IMG/VR virus record: IMGVR_UViG_3300042695_002264
Location: 96,001 to 160,000 of that record
From: a virus
Length of the DNA stretch: 64,000 nucleotides
Reading direction: 5' to 3' (one strand)
Shown here: positions 9,526-18,608 of the stretch, in pieces
Layout: every line of letters starts with the position of its first letter
Numbering within the stretch: the first letter of the stretch is position 1
Notes under the pieces: generated by a model
What the model was told of the DNA's origin: nothing
The model's input: the letters and a program-made list of their open reading frames with translations, nothing else
The model's database searches: none
Made by a program: the position numbers and the translations under genes

Positions 9526-10448
9526 AAATAAAAATTATTATCAGATAGTAGATTTTCTAAAGCTAGCTTATCCATTACATAATCTCTACTTGAAAATTCT
9601 TTATTAATAAAATTAACAGGCTTTTCAGAAGTTTTCGTTGGGCTAATTGCAAAATAATTGTCATGGCTTGTAGTTCTGAAAGCCTCCTCTTCGCTTATCA
9701 TTACTTCGTGTATTTTTTCGCCAACTCTTGGTTTTGTAATAGAATATTGCAATCCAAATTTTTCTTTATAAATATCAAAAAGATCTTTTATTTTGAAAGA
9801 TTTAATATTAGGAATTATTGTTGCCTGTGAAAAATTTTGCATGCTATATAGAATTAAGTCTATTGCATCTTCTATGGATAGCATAAATCTGGTCATTTCT
9901 TCTGAATATAAATTTAATTCATATTTATTTTCTAGCGCGTTTTTAATTAATGGTATAATAGATCCAGTTGAATTTGTTACATTTCCGTATCTGCATGATA
10001 CTAAAGGTACATGCGAGTTATTTACAATAAAAGATTGTTCAGCAACGAATTTGCAGGCGCCATATATAGTTGTTGCCGCGCATGCCTTGTCGCTTGAAAC
10101 AAAACATGCTGATTCAAAATTATTATCTTCAGCGGCAATTCTCGAATTTACTGCACCATTTATAATAGTATCTATTGCTTCAGTAGTGTTCTCGTCGCAA
10201 GCCGATATTTGCTTTAAGCTGGCTGTAAAAATGCCTACATTGCAATCTTTTGACTCTCTAATTAATCTATTTAAATTTCTAATATCTCCAACAACGCATT
10301 TTATTTTTGGATATTTTTTCTTTAATAAATAGTGCTTGGCCTCGTCTCTAGAAAAGCAAACAATTTCATTATCTTTATAAAGTCTTTCAATTAAATTTTT
10401 TCCAAGATATCCAGCGCCTCCAGTAATAAAAATTCGCTTGTTTTTCAT
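9522..10448 (-). CDS. CapD/FnlA/PseB-family UDP-GlcNAc 4,6-dehydratase
   Basis: ITGGAGYLG, SRDEAKH, GDIR, ASLKQI, SSDKA, YGACK, RYGNV..STGSIIP, MTRF, GEKIHE. Confidence 0.9.
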   Translation of the reverse strand: MKNKRIFITGGAGYLGKNLIERLYKDNEIVCFSRDEAKHYLLKKKYPKIKCVVGDIRNLNRLIRESKDCNVGIFTASLKQISACDENTTEAIDTIINGAVNSRIAAEDNNFESACFVSSDKACAATTIYGACKFVAEQSFIVNNSHVPLVSCRYGNVTNSTGSIIPLIKNALENKYELNLYSEEMTRFMLSIEDAIDLILYSMQNFSQATIIPNIKSFKIKDLFDIYKEKFGLQYSITKPRVGEKIHEVMISEEEAFRTTSHDNYFAISPTKTSEKPVNFINKEFSSRDYVMDKLALENLLSDNNFYL

Positions 10449-10451
10449 ATA

Positions 10452-11096
10452 TCATTTATGATGTATTGTAAATGTTTTATCTAAAAAATTTGTGCCAACG
10501 AGTTCACCAAATTCTTTATTGTATGGTCTTGTTTCGGCTAGTTTCCTAACTTGATTGCGGCATTCTTCTTGAGGCCAAGAGCATAAATTAGGAACAATGG
10601 CCCATTTATCAGCTAATAATTTTCTATTATTGTCGCTTGGGGGCCAAGAGCTTGGAATATTTAAAAATGGTATTTCTAAATCATAATAATACGCAATATT
10701 TGCTTCATTTAATCTAAATAAAAAATCCATATCTTCTTGACCGCCGCCGACAAATCTTTCATCAAAAAACCCTACCCTTCTTATAGTTTCTTTATGTATG
10801 CCAAAAAAACCAAGAGCATATAGGCCAACCAGCCCATAGCCAGATCTAAGTAATTGAATTATTTTATAAAAACTTTTGGATGATTCTGGTCTAGCCTTAT
10901 CCGATAAGAATATGCAATATTCTGATTTAGAGCTTAAAATAGATTGATTCATCATCTCGGAATAACTTTTGGGGTTATTTGGAGTAAATAAATCAAAATT
11001 TATATCAGGGGTTGAGCGTATTAATTCGTCCGCCAAATGTTGCCTATTGGAGTTAATTGTGCAAGAAAATAAAGTCTCGTTAAAAAAATTATTCAT
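10452..11096 (-). CDS. GT-A (GT2-like) glycosyltransferase
   Basis: VGFFDERFVGGGQEDMDFLFRL motif. Confidence 0.7.
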   Translation of the reverse strand: MNNFFNETLFSCTINSNRQHLADELIRSTPDINFDLFTPNNPKSYSEMMNQSILSSKSEYCIFLSDKARPESSKSFYKIIQLLRSGYGLVGLYALGFFGIHKETIRRVGFFDERFVGGGQEDMDFLFRLNEANIAYYYDLEIPFLNIPSSWPPSDNNRKLLADKWAIVPNLCSWPQEECRNQVRKLAETRPYNKEFGELVGTNFLDKTFTIHHK

Positions 11097-12303
11097 AAAC
11101 TTTTATTTCTGGTAATGGAATGATCCATTTGCCATTAAAATTTTTATTTCTTTTTATTATTTCATCAATAAAAGTATACGCAAAGCATAGGATATAGTCT
11201 GGCGGATCTGTATTTAAAATTTCAGAATTTACTATTGGTATATGATTATTTGGAGTAAAACATCCAACTTTTAAAGGCGCATCATCAATAATTAGTGGTA
11301 TCTCAGACTTATTTATATTATAAAATGCCATAAGTGTATTTGCTTGGCCAGAAGCTCCATATCCATAAATTTTTTTATTTTCACTTTTGAGTCTAGATAT
11401 CAAAGATTTAAGTTCAGCGCCAAGAGACTTTACATTATCAGAATAATCAAGATATGTATTGATATCATAAAGTTTTAAATCAATCTCCTCTTTTTCTAAA
11501 GATGATACGCTATCTTTAATTTCGTATGCTCCATTATGGCAAATATAATAGCGTACAGATCCGCCGTGTATGTCAATATGTTTAACATCGAATATTGATA
11601 AATCAAACTGATCCATTAAATATTTCATAGCTTTAAGGCTATAATAATACATATGCTCATGATATATGAAAGGAAATTGAAAATTTTTAATAATATTTCC
11701 AAGCCAATGTACCTCTATAATCGCTACCCCTTCGCTAGATAATAATTTTTTAATTCCAAAAGTAACATCTTTAATATTTTCGATATGGGCAAAGCAGTTG
11801 CTGGCGCTTATAATATCTGCCGTTCCATGTTCAGAACTTATTTTATCTGCAAGGCTACTATTAAAGCATGTGTTATACAGTATAGTACCATCTGGTTGAA
11901 AGTTTTTTGCAACATTGCTTGGGTCTACGCCAATAATTTTTTCATACTGTGTGCCTATCAGATTGCCAAGCATAGAAAAATCATTGCAACCAATTTCAAC
12001 TATATTTTTATTATTTTTTGCTGACTTATATTCATTTGCCATTTCACCAAAATGAATTTTAAGAGTATTTATTGATCCTGTTTTGTAGAAATAATCGCTA
12101 AATAAAACTTCTGGAGAAATTACTTCATTCACTTGGACTAAAGAGCTTTCTGGGCAAAAAGAGACTGTTAGCGGATATTTAGATTCTGTTTTACATGACC
12201 CTTCATCTTTTAAAAATCCACCAGCCAATGCCGTATCGAAAGAAAAAAATGTTATTAAATTTTTTGATTCAGAAATTCTGCAATGATTATATTTTTTATA
12301 CAT
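11089..12303 (-). CDS. NDP-hexose C-methyltransferase (TylC3/EryBIII/NovU-like)
   Basis: YPL..FC...LVQ, EIGCND, GVDP, NCFAHI, IYHEHMYYYS, HGGSVR, GYGASG, DD.PLK.G.FTP. Confidence 0.88.
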   Translation of the reverse strand: MYKKYNHCRISESKNLITFFSFDTALAGGFLKDEGSCKTESKYPLTVSFCPESSLVQVNEVISPEVLFSDYFYKTGSINTLKIHFGEMANEYKSAKNNKNIVEIGCNDFSMLGNLIGTQYEKIIGVDPSNVAKNFQPDGTILYNTCFNSSLADKISSEHGTADIISASNCFAHIENIKDVTFGIKKLLSSEGVAIIEVHWLGNIIKNFQFPFIYHEHMYYYSLKAMKYLMDQFDLSIFDVKHIDIHGGSVRYYICHNGAYEIKDSVSSLEKEEIDLKLYDINTYLDYSDNVKSLGAELKSLISRLKSENKKIYGYGASGQANTLMAFYNINKSEIPLIIDDAPLKVGCFTPNNHIPIVNSEILNTDPPDYILCFAYTFIDEIIKRNKNFNGKWIIPLPEIKVYE

Positions 12304-13096
12304 AGGATCCTAGTGATATTTTTTGTCTAAATTGTTGAATTGAAATTCCTGCTTTTAACTGAAAGTTTTCTAAATTATTTTCATTTTTAAGTTCTTGTGG
12401 AAGCCTCTTCATTGAAGCAGAAGATGTGTGAAAAACAAAGGATTTATTTGAGCAAATATGTTTAAAGTTAAATCCGTGCAATTTCCATAGGTTGTAGGCA
12501 AACATATCATCGCGTCCGTACCCGCTACGAAAAGTCATATCCCATTCTCCAGAATATCCACCAATAGAGAGATAATCTTTGGATTTTACGCATATTGGGT
12601 GACAATATGATATGATCATTTTGTCTTGATTGTAAAGATTGTTACTCCATTTGCCAATGAATACGTTGTAGGTTTCAATAGAAATTTCTGATTTTAAATC
12701 TGTATCCACAACAACGCATGGGTTATTGCTGTAAAAATTTTCCACAAGCATACATGAAGATGATGCTGGGTAATTTTTTTCTATAATTTGAATCAGATCA
12801 TCTGCAAAATCTAGACAAAAAAGCATATCATCATTGGTGTTTAAAAAATATTCAGAATTCTCTATAAATGGCTTTAAATAATCTATTGCCAATACGCCTC
12901 TGTTTTCTGGAACAGCAACGAATGGTATTTTCAAATTTAAAAGAAAATCTATCGACTCTATATCGGCCTCATTTAAAACAACAGCAATCCCGTCTTTGCT
13001 AAAATCAAGGCTTTGCATTATTGAAAAAATACAACCCTTTAAAAGATTTGGGTTATTCCAAGAGCATAATCCAACTAATAATCTTTTTTTATGCAT
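12296..13096 (-). CDS. GT2-like glycosyltransferase (start reassigned to MHKKRL)
   Basis: ENRG, NTNDDM (DxD-like), IGGY...GYGRDD, VFH. Confidence 0.7.
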   Translation of the reverse strand: MHKKRLLVGLCSWNNPNLLKGCIFSIMQSLDFSKDGIAVVLNEADIESIDFLLNLKIPFVAVPENRGVLAIDYLKPFIENSEYFLNTNDDMLFCLDFADDLIQIIEKNYPASSSCMLVENFYSNNPCVVVDTDLKSEISIETYNVFIGKWSNNLYNQDKMIISYCHPICVKSKDYLSIGGYSGEWDMTFRSGYGRDDMFAYNLWKLHGFNFKHICSNKSFVFHTSSASMKRLPQELKNENNLENFQLKAGISIQQFRQKISLGSYV

Positions 13097-13847
13097 ATGT
13101 ATCATTGTATATTGTTGGCGGCAATTGGCCAGATTTTTTATAAAAATCTTTATTAATTTCAACACAATTTTTTAAAGGATTCCAATTGTAAGAGCATGCG
13201 CCAAAATGTGCCTCTTGGTATTCTATTTTATTCTTGCTTCTCTCATTATTAAGCCAAGTCATATGTTTTACATGAATATTATTTTTAGGAATAATTATGC
13301 TAGAAAGCTGCTTATAATCTACAGGCGCTCCATCTTTATTGCTATATAAAATATCATTATCCCAATAAAATTTATCAATAGTATAATTTTGATATGTTTT
13401 TTTGAATAATCTCGGCGGACAAAAACCATCTATCCAAGATTTTTCATCAAATATATAATTTTTAAAATTAATTTTGGCCCAAGCAACCCAGCTAAAATCA
13501 TCTCCATTTATAAAGTTTAGTAAACTTTCTATTTCTTTTTCTGTATAAAACTCATCTATATCTAAAATAAGAAACGTATCAGTGTTTGTATTTTGTTTTA
13601 AAAATTCCAATGGAACATTTCTAGCATTATGTTCGTTTACAATATTTTCATTATTATGAAATATATGACTATCTGGAATAAACTTGCTAAGCTCGTCTAG
13701 GCACGGTTTATTGTTTTGTTTTTGAAAATTTTCGAATTGAAAGCTGGCACATGCAGTTGGTATATTAAAATTCTTCCAAGGAGATAGGCATGGCTGCACA
13801 TACTCTTCAAGGGCGTAAGCTGACAGTATAATGGCTAAATTTCTCAT
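13089..13847 (-). CDS. GT-A glycosyltransferase-like protein
   Basis: EHNARN, ILDIDEFY, PRLF, KHMTW. Confidence 0.65.
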   Translation of the reverse strand: MRNLAIILSAYALEEYVQPCLSPWKNFNIPTACASFQFENFQKQNNKPCLDELSKFIPDSHIFHNNENIVNEHNARNVPLEFLKQNTNTDTFLILDIDEFYTEKEIESLLNFINGDDFSWVAWAKINFKNYIFDEKSWIDGFCPPRLFKKTYQNYTIDKFYWDNDILYSNKDGAPVDYKQLSSIIIPKNNIHVKHMTWLNNERSKNKIEYQEAHFGACSYNWNPLKNCVEINKDFYKKSGQLPPTIYNDTYA

Positions 13848-14635
13848 ATATCTAATCCATGTTTGAAGTATTCGTCTTTAAAATCAGACTCTTGAGTGTT
13901 TAATACAACATCTCTTCCACTATAGCCTGACCATTCGTTTTGCCAAAAATTTTTATTAATCTCTCCTCGCCTGCTTAAATCTTGATATCCGTAGTGGATA
14001 ACAAATGGTATTTGTAATGTTTTTAGAATTTCTATTGGAGATTTATGTTTAAAGTCTGGATGATGTGTAATATTTATAGATTTGCACAAATTGCCCAGTT
14101 CGTCTATTAGCTCGCAACCATCGCTTTTATCTTTATCAAATTTACCATCAGATCTTCTTGCAAAATTAACAATGCCTCTATGCATACCCTTTTTTCTATG
14201 GATATACCATTTTGTGCCTATATCTCTATAGTGATTTTTATCCTTATAAAGGTTAATAACGGGAATCATAAAAGCATATCCATCTAAAATTATATCTTTA
14301 TTGACCTTGATAAAGTTTTTCCAAATATTTGGATCATTAATTCTTTCATCTCCGTCAAGTTGAACACATATATCATTTGAGCAATTTTGAAGGGCAATAT
14401 TCTTTAGCTTTCCATCTTTAGCAAATGTTGTAGAATTTGCATCATAACTCATAAATACTTTAACTTTGCTATTGTTGTTTGCAATATTTTGTAATATGTC
14501 TTGTGTATTGTCTTCATTATCAGGTATTGTGGCAATACAAATCTCGTCAGCTAATTGAGAAAAATTTTCTATAGCAGAATTTATATCAAACTTATTCTTT
14601 TCTATATTGAACGCTGTTGTATAAATTGATATCAT
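13844..14635 (-). CDS. GT2 glycosyltransferase
   Basis: ISIYT..FN, LADEI, KNIALQNCSND, QLDGDE, IHYGY. Confidence 0.75.
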   Translation of the reverse strand: MISIYTTAFNIEKNKFDINSAIENFSQLADEICIATIPDNEDNTQDILQNIANNNSKVKVFMSYDANSTTFAKDGKLKNIALQNCSNDICVQLDGDERINDPNIWKNFIKVNKDIILDGYAFMIPVINLYKDKNHYRDIGTKWYIHRKKGMHRGIVNFARRSDGKFDKDKSDGCELIDELGNLCKSINITHHPDFKHKSPIEILKTLQIPFVIHYGYQDLSRRGEINKNFWQNEWSGYSGRDVVLNTQESDFKDEYFKHGLDI

Positions 14636-14637
14636 AA

Positions 14638-15426
14638 TTAATCCCAATACTTAAAAACATGCGCTTTCCATCCTTCAGGGACTATATTATCACATTTTTT
14701 TGTAGATAAAATTTCTTTCCATTGATCTTCTGAAAATGGATAGTATGTATGTTTCATCCTGACATCTCCCGATACTATGCTAACAACCTTTGTATCAGTT
14801 CTATGCCTCCATACTGTTCCATCTTTTTCTTGGCGTACGCTCCATTTGCCACAATCTGCAAAAATAGGATAATTTTTACCATTATGGCTTATATAAATAG
14901 ATTTATATTTTAAATTATTTTCTTTTATATAATTTTGGATACACTCCTCGGTCCATTTGATTTCACTCCATGGGCCTGGACCACCAATACTCTTTGGTAT
15001 TTTATTGTAGAATGATGGACTTATAAACTGAGCCCTTTCTGAATAGTTGCCATGTCCTTGGTTACCAGCAAGATCTATATAAGCGTACCTATCGTTTTCA
15101 ATAAGTTTTACCATTGATTCAATAAAATTATCATCAATTACTGCTAATTGAAGCTGGTCTACTTGTATATAGAATGCATAATCGGCAAAGGATTGAGCAA
15201 ATAGCTGTATTGTTCCTGCGCCGCAACCATTATTTCGGCTATTAACTATAAGATCATCTATTAACCCATCCTGCTTGAACTTCTCTGAATATCTCTCGGA
15301 AGATCCATTATCTAAATATGTAATTTTATAATCAAACTTAGAATTTGATCTTATACTATTTAATAAGTTTTTGGCTTCATCTGGCCTATTATAGTCAAGT
15401 ATAAGATACTCAATAACATATTTCAT
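14638..15426 (-). CDS. GT2-like glycosyltransferase
   Basis: LDYNRP, LDNGSS, NNGCGAG, YIQVDQ. Confidence 0.7.
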   Translation of the reverse strand: MKYVIEYLILDYNRPDEAKNLLNSIRSNSKFDYKITYLDNGSSERYSEKFKQDGLIDDLIVNSRNNGCGAGTIQLFAQSFADYAFYIQVDQLQLAVIDDNFIESMVKLIENDRYAYIDLAGNQGHGNYSERAQFISPSFYNKIPKSIGGPGPWSEIKWTEECIQNYIKENNLKYKSIYISHNGKNYPIFADCGKWSVRQEKDGTVWRHRTDTKVVSIVSGDVRMKHTYYPFSEDQWKEILSTKKCDNIVPEGWKAHVFKYWD

Positions 15427-15812
15427 GTAGTTATTTTTAATCCAGTTTTCTTTTCTAACTTCTTAATTCTTTCTTTTCGTTCTTTTTGAACTACTTCTGG
15501 ATGTTTTGCGCCATGCCTCTTTGCGGAATAGTCTTTATAATATTTTTTTCTAATAGGATCATTAAACCCGCCACGCTTTTCGCTTAATTCCCTAGAATAG
15601 TCCTGAATATCTCCTATGGTGCCTCTCATTTTTCCAGTCTTCTCTATAAAAGAGTTTTCAGAAGAAATATTTGTATCTATAGAGGCATTTGGAGAGTAGT
15701 AAATTCTTCTTAATTTTTTTCCATTGTGATAATATTCATGAACGTCATTCATGCCCTGAACTATATCATGAACTTCGCCACTATCATCATCAATGTAAGA
15801 ATATATTGGCAT
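15423..15812 (-). CDS. FmdB-like protein lacking the zinc-ribbon cysteines
   Basis: MPIYSYIDDDSGEVHDIVQGM matches the MPxYxYxCxxCG pattern with Cys replaced. Confidence 0.5.
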   Translation of the reverse strand: MPIYSYIDDDSGEVHDIVQGMNDVHEYYHNGKKLRRIYYSPNASIDTNISSENSFIEKTGKMRGTIGDIQDYSRELSEKRGGFNDPIRKKYYKDYSAKRHGAKHPEVVQKERKERIKKLEKKTGLKITT

Positions 15813-16033
15813 TATTTATAGTCTTTGCTATTTCTTATAATTTCACACTTTGGGGTAACTCTTCTCCAAGAGCCATCTGGCATAATTTTATAAGATCTAT
15901 CAGAGTGTTTAATAAGATTTCCAGAGTTTTCTTTTAAGAAATCATTTCTAGTATGTTCAGCAAGTTTCTGCTTTAACTCCTCTTTATGCTTATTGTATTT
16001 TTGAATTTCTTTATTTTTACTTTTTGATCCCAT
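15812..16033 (-). CDS. Hypothetical small basic protein
   Basis: ORF tightly packed in operon. Confidence 0.5.
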   Translation of the reverse strand: MGSKSKNKEIQKYNKHKEELKQKLAEHTRNDFLKENSGNLIKHSDRSYKIMPDGSWRRVTPKCEIIRNSKDYK

Positions 16034-16034
16034 A

Positions 16035-17111
16035 TTATTTTATACTTTCTAGTATTTGACTGGTAGTTTTTTCCCAAGTAAATTCTTCTTGGAGTTTTAG
16101 CCCATTTTCATTTACAGGATTAGATTTTACCTTTTCGATTGCTGCATCACATGCGTCAATAAATTCACTTGATGAAAAATCAAAAATATTACCTTGATTA
16201 AATGGCTGACCCTCTCTAAAGAAAATATTATCATATGCTGGAATTTTACCATTTGGAGTTACGCAAACAGAATTTTCTTCGTTCATCCAATCTTTATATC
16301 CATGAGCTTTTAGCCCAACGCAATGCTTTCCAAGAGCAACAGAAGTGAATTCTGGTAACCCCCATGTTTCACCACCAGACATAGCAATTATAATGTGATT
16401 TGCATTTAAAAATTTATTATAATCCGCGTTGTTGGGCATCCATGGCAGAAAATTGATATTAAAATAACTTTTACCCTCTAATGCCTGAGATATCATTGCG
16501 CTTTGATCTTCTGGCTTCAAGAAATTATTAAAAATGGCACAATTTAAATAAACATCATGCCTATTTCCATATTTTTTTGCCCATGCATTTAAAATTTTGA
16601 GGTGATGCTTTCTTTTTTCTAGTTTTCCAGCCAGACCAAAGCATATTCGATTGTCAGGATAGTTAATATTTTCAATTTTAAATGTATTTGAATCAAAACC
16701 AAGGGGTATGGCCTTACAATTAATATCAAAATTAGAAAAAAGATTTGCGTAATGCTTTGATGGGACAAATACCATTTCTTGATTTTTCAAAATATTAAGC
16801 TCACGCGCAGTTGGGCTATCCAACTCATAAAAAGTATAGAGATATTGTTTTTCTGAAACACTTTCTAGACTTCCGGTAATATGCCATAATTTTAGAACAG
16901 GATTCTTTTTAGAATGGGTTTCTTCTGATTTAATAGAGTTTGAAACAATCCAATTCACAAAATCATTTTCTGATTCAAGCATCGAATGATCAGGTTGACC
17001 TATATGAAATATAGATGGGTTTATTTGCTTTTTAAAAATCTCTCTAGCAATATTATTTGAACATTGACCCAAGCTAGTCTGATTGAATGGAAAATTTATA
17101 GCGAATTTCAT
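16035..17111 (-). CDS. GT4 (GT-B) glycosyltransferase
   Basis: VFVPS, IPLGFD, GKLEKRK, SGGETWGLPEF. Confidence 0.85.
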   Translation of the reverse strand: MKFAINFPFNQTSLGQCSNNIAREIFKKQINPSIFHIGQPDHSMLESENDFVNWIVSNSIKSEETHSKKNPVLKLWHITGSLESVSEKQYLYTFYELDSPTARELNILKNQEMVFVPSKHYANLFSNFDINCKAIPLGFDSNTFKIENINYPDNRICFGLAGKLEKRKHHLKILNAWAKKYGNRHDVYLNCAIFNNFLKPEDQSAMISQALEGKSYFNINFLPWMPNNADYNKFLNANHIIIAMSGGETWGLPEFTSVALGKHCVGLKAHGYKDWMNEENSVCVTPNGKIPAYDNIFFREGQPFNQGNIFDFSSSEFIDACDAAIEKVKSNPVNENGLKLQEEFTWEKTTSQILESIK

Positions 17112-17116
17112 AAACG

Positions 17117-17144
17117 ATAATATTTAAATGATTTGAAAAATCTA
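17117..17144 (-). promoter_or_regulatory. sigma70-like promoter TAGATT-16bp-TATTAT, 5 nt before ATG
   Basis: Same geometry as the promoters at 18576, 18189 and 5805. Confidence 0.45.
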
Positions 17145-17174
17145 AAAAATAAAAGCCCAATTTTAGGTTGGGCT
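17145..17174 (-). terminator. Intrinsic terminator after the SSB-like gene
   Basis: AGCCCAA-cctaaaa-TTGGGCT followed by a T-rich tract on the minus strand. Confidence 0.7.
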
Positions 17175-17200
17175 CTTATTTGATTTATAGATAGTTAGAA

Positions 17201-17491
17201 TTAAAACGGAATATCGTCTTGATTATCTACCTCTTGAGAACTCTCTGACTGTTGTGGCTTTTTAGCCTTCGATTCAGGTTTAAGATCCTCCGATAGGTCG
17301 GAGAGTGTCAATCGGTAATCAGGCTGGTTTGGCTTTGTCTTATTATTTTTAAAAATAAAAGCAGTATATTCGCCAGAACCAATCTTTACCTTTCCCGAAA
17401 GGAATTGTTTTCCATTTTTTTCTTTTTTCCAGAAGGCACCAACATCTGTTAGATCTGATGCATTATTACTTTTTTGCTTTGTATCGCTCAT
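17201..17491 (-). CDS. Small ssDNA-binding-like protein (DUF736-like) with SSB acidic tail
   Basis: VGAFWKK...FLSG...PDYR; C-terminus DDIPF as in bacterial SSB. Confidence 0.65.
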   Translation of the reverse strand: MSDTKQKSNNASDLTDVGAFWKKEKNGKQFLSGKVKIGSGEYTAFIFKNNKTKPNQPDYRLTLSDLSEDLKPESKAKKPQQSESSQEVDNQDDIPF

Positions 17492-17496
17492 AGTTT

Positions 17497-18096
17497 TTAT
17501 ACTATATCTAGATTTGATGTAGATTTCAATTTATTTTTCAAAAATGAAATAAATTTGTCATGCCAGTTTACAACTGTCTGTGTAGAAACCCCAAAATGAT
17601 CAGCTATTTCTTTGAAGGTTTTTACTTTATTGCCTTCAGTAAAATATCTCATTTTTATTACTTCCTTTGCTGTTTCGTCTGATGACATGCTGATTATATT
17701 TTTAATATGTGATAGTATATCATTATCTTTTGCCTGATATGAGGCCTCTTCATTAGAGTACTGATCAGCCAAATATTTTAAAACATCGCTGTCCATTGTT
17801 GATTCTTTTTTGTACTGATTGCATGCATTGAGACATGCATAAGTTACAATATTACCAAGCCAAGTTGAAAACTTCGCGCCAAATGATGGATCGAATGTTT
17901 TAGCTGCTTGATAAATAAGCGAATCTTTTTGCTCCTCAACGTCTTTTGCAATAGTTGAAGTGTTATTATGAAAATACTTGTTATATATTTTGTAACATAT
18001 TCCAGAATGCCTATCAATAAGGATTGACAGTGCGTCCTGACTTGCTTGATTCCTTACCATGTCGGCCAGATCGTTATCTTGTAGTTTATTAATCAT
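17497..18096 (-). CDS. RNA polymerase sigma70-family sigma factor
   Basis: Region 2 AAKTFDPSFGAKFSTW; region 4 HTH VIKMRY...TFKEIADHFGVSTQTV. Confidence 0.85.
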   Translation of the reverse strand: MINKLQDNDLADMVRNQASQDALSILIDRHSGICYKIYNKYFHNNTSTIAKDVEEQKDSLIYQAAKTFDPSFGAKFSTWLGNIVTYACLNACNQYKKESTMDSDVLKYLADQYSNEEASYQAKDNDILSHIKNIISMSSDETAKEVIKMRYFTEGNKVKTFKEIADHFGVSTQTVVNWHDKFISFLKNKLKSTSNLDIV

Positions 18097-18109
18097 AATG
18101 AATTTTATA

Positions 18110-18143
18110 AAAACGCCTAGCGTTTTTGCGGCCTTTGGCCGCA
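18110..18143. promoter_or_regulatory. Tandem GC-rich hairpins in the divergent intergenic region / sigma gene leader
   Basis: AAAACGC-cta-GCGTTTT directly followed by TGCGGCC-ttt-GGCCGCA. Confidence 0.5.
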
Positions 18144-18188
18144 TTTATTTTTTTGTTCTAACATAAATTAATATTTAACATGTTTTGT

Positions 18189-18216
18189 TTGAAAAAGCAA
18201 TATATTTTTTTATTAT
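18189..18216 (+). promoter_or_regulatory. sigma70-like promoter TTGAAA-16bp-TATTAT, 5 nt before ATG 18222
   Basis: Direct reading. Confidence 0.5.
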
Positions 18217-18221
18217 CTGTC

Positions 18222-18602
18222 ATGGATATCTACTCAATACTCCTTATTTCAATAACAATATCAATGATTCTTTACTATGTGTATGAGACGAATGTTTTGT
18301 GGGAATATTTAAATAAAATTTCTGATTTATTAAATTTTAATGGATCTAATAAGATTTTTTGCGGCATACTTTTGGTTAAGGCATATCCTAGCAGTGAAGA
18401 GCCAAACTATTTACAGTTTATTAATAAAATATATAATACTTTTACAACAAGACTACTATCGTGCCCAATATGTTTAGGATTTTGGATATGTCTAATCGCT
18501 GGTGTATTATCTGATATTATTTTAGTGCCAACCTTTGCTTTTATTTCTCTAACAATGTATTACTTTATAAAAATTTTGACAAAACTATCTGCAAAAATAT
18601 AA
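18222..18602 (+). CDS. Membrane protein, DUF1360-like
   Basis: Hydrophobic segments; LLSCPICLGFW motif. Confidence 0.5.
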   Translation: MDIYSILLISITISMILYYVYETNVLWEYLNKISDLLNFNGSNKIFCGILLVKAYPSSEEPNYLQFINKIYNTFTTRLLSCPICLGFWICLIAGVLSDIILVPTFAFISLTMYYFIKILTKLSAKI

Positions 18603-18603
18603 T
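18576..18603 (+). promoter_or_regulatory. Consensus sigma70 promoter TTGACA-16bp-TATAAT, 5 nt before ATG 18609
   Basis: Both hexamers are exact consensus. Confidence 0.8.
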
Positions 18604-18608
18604 CCCTT

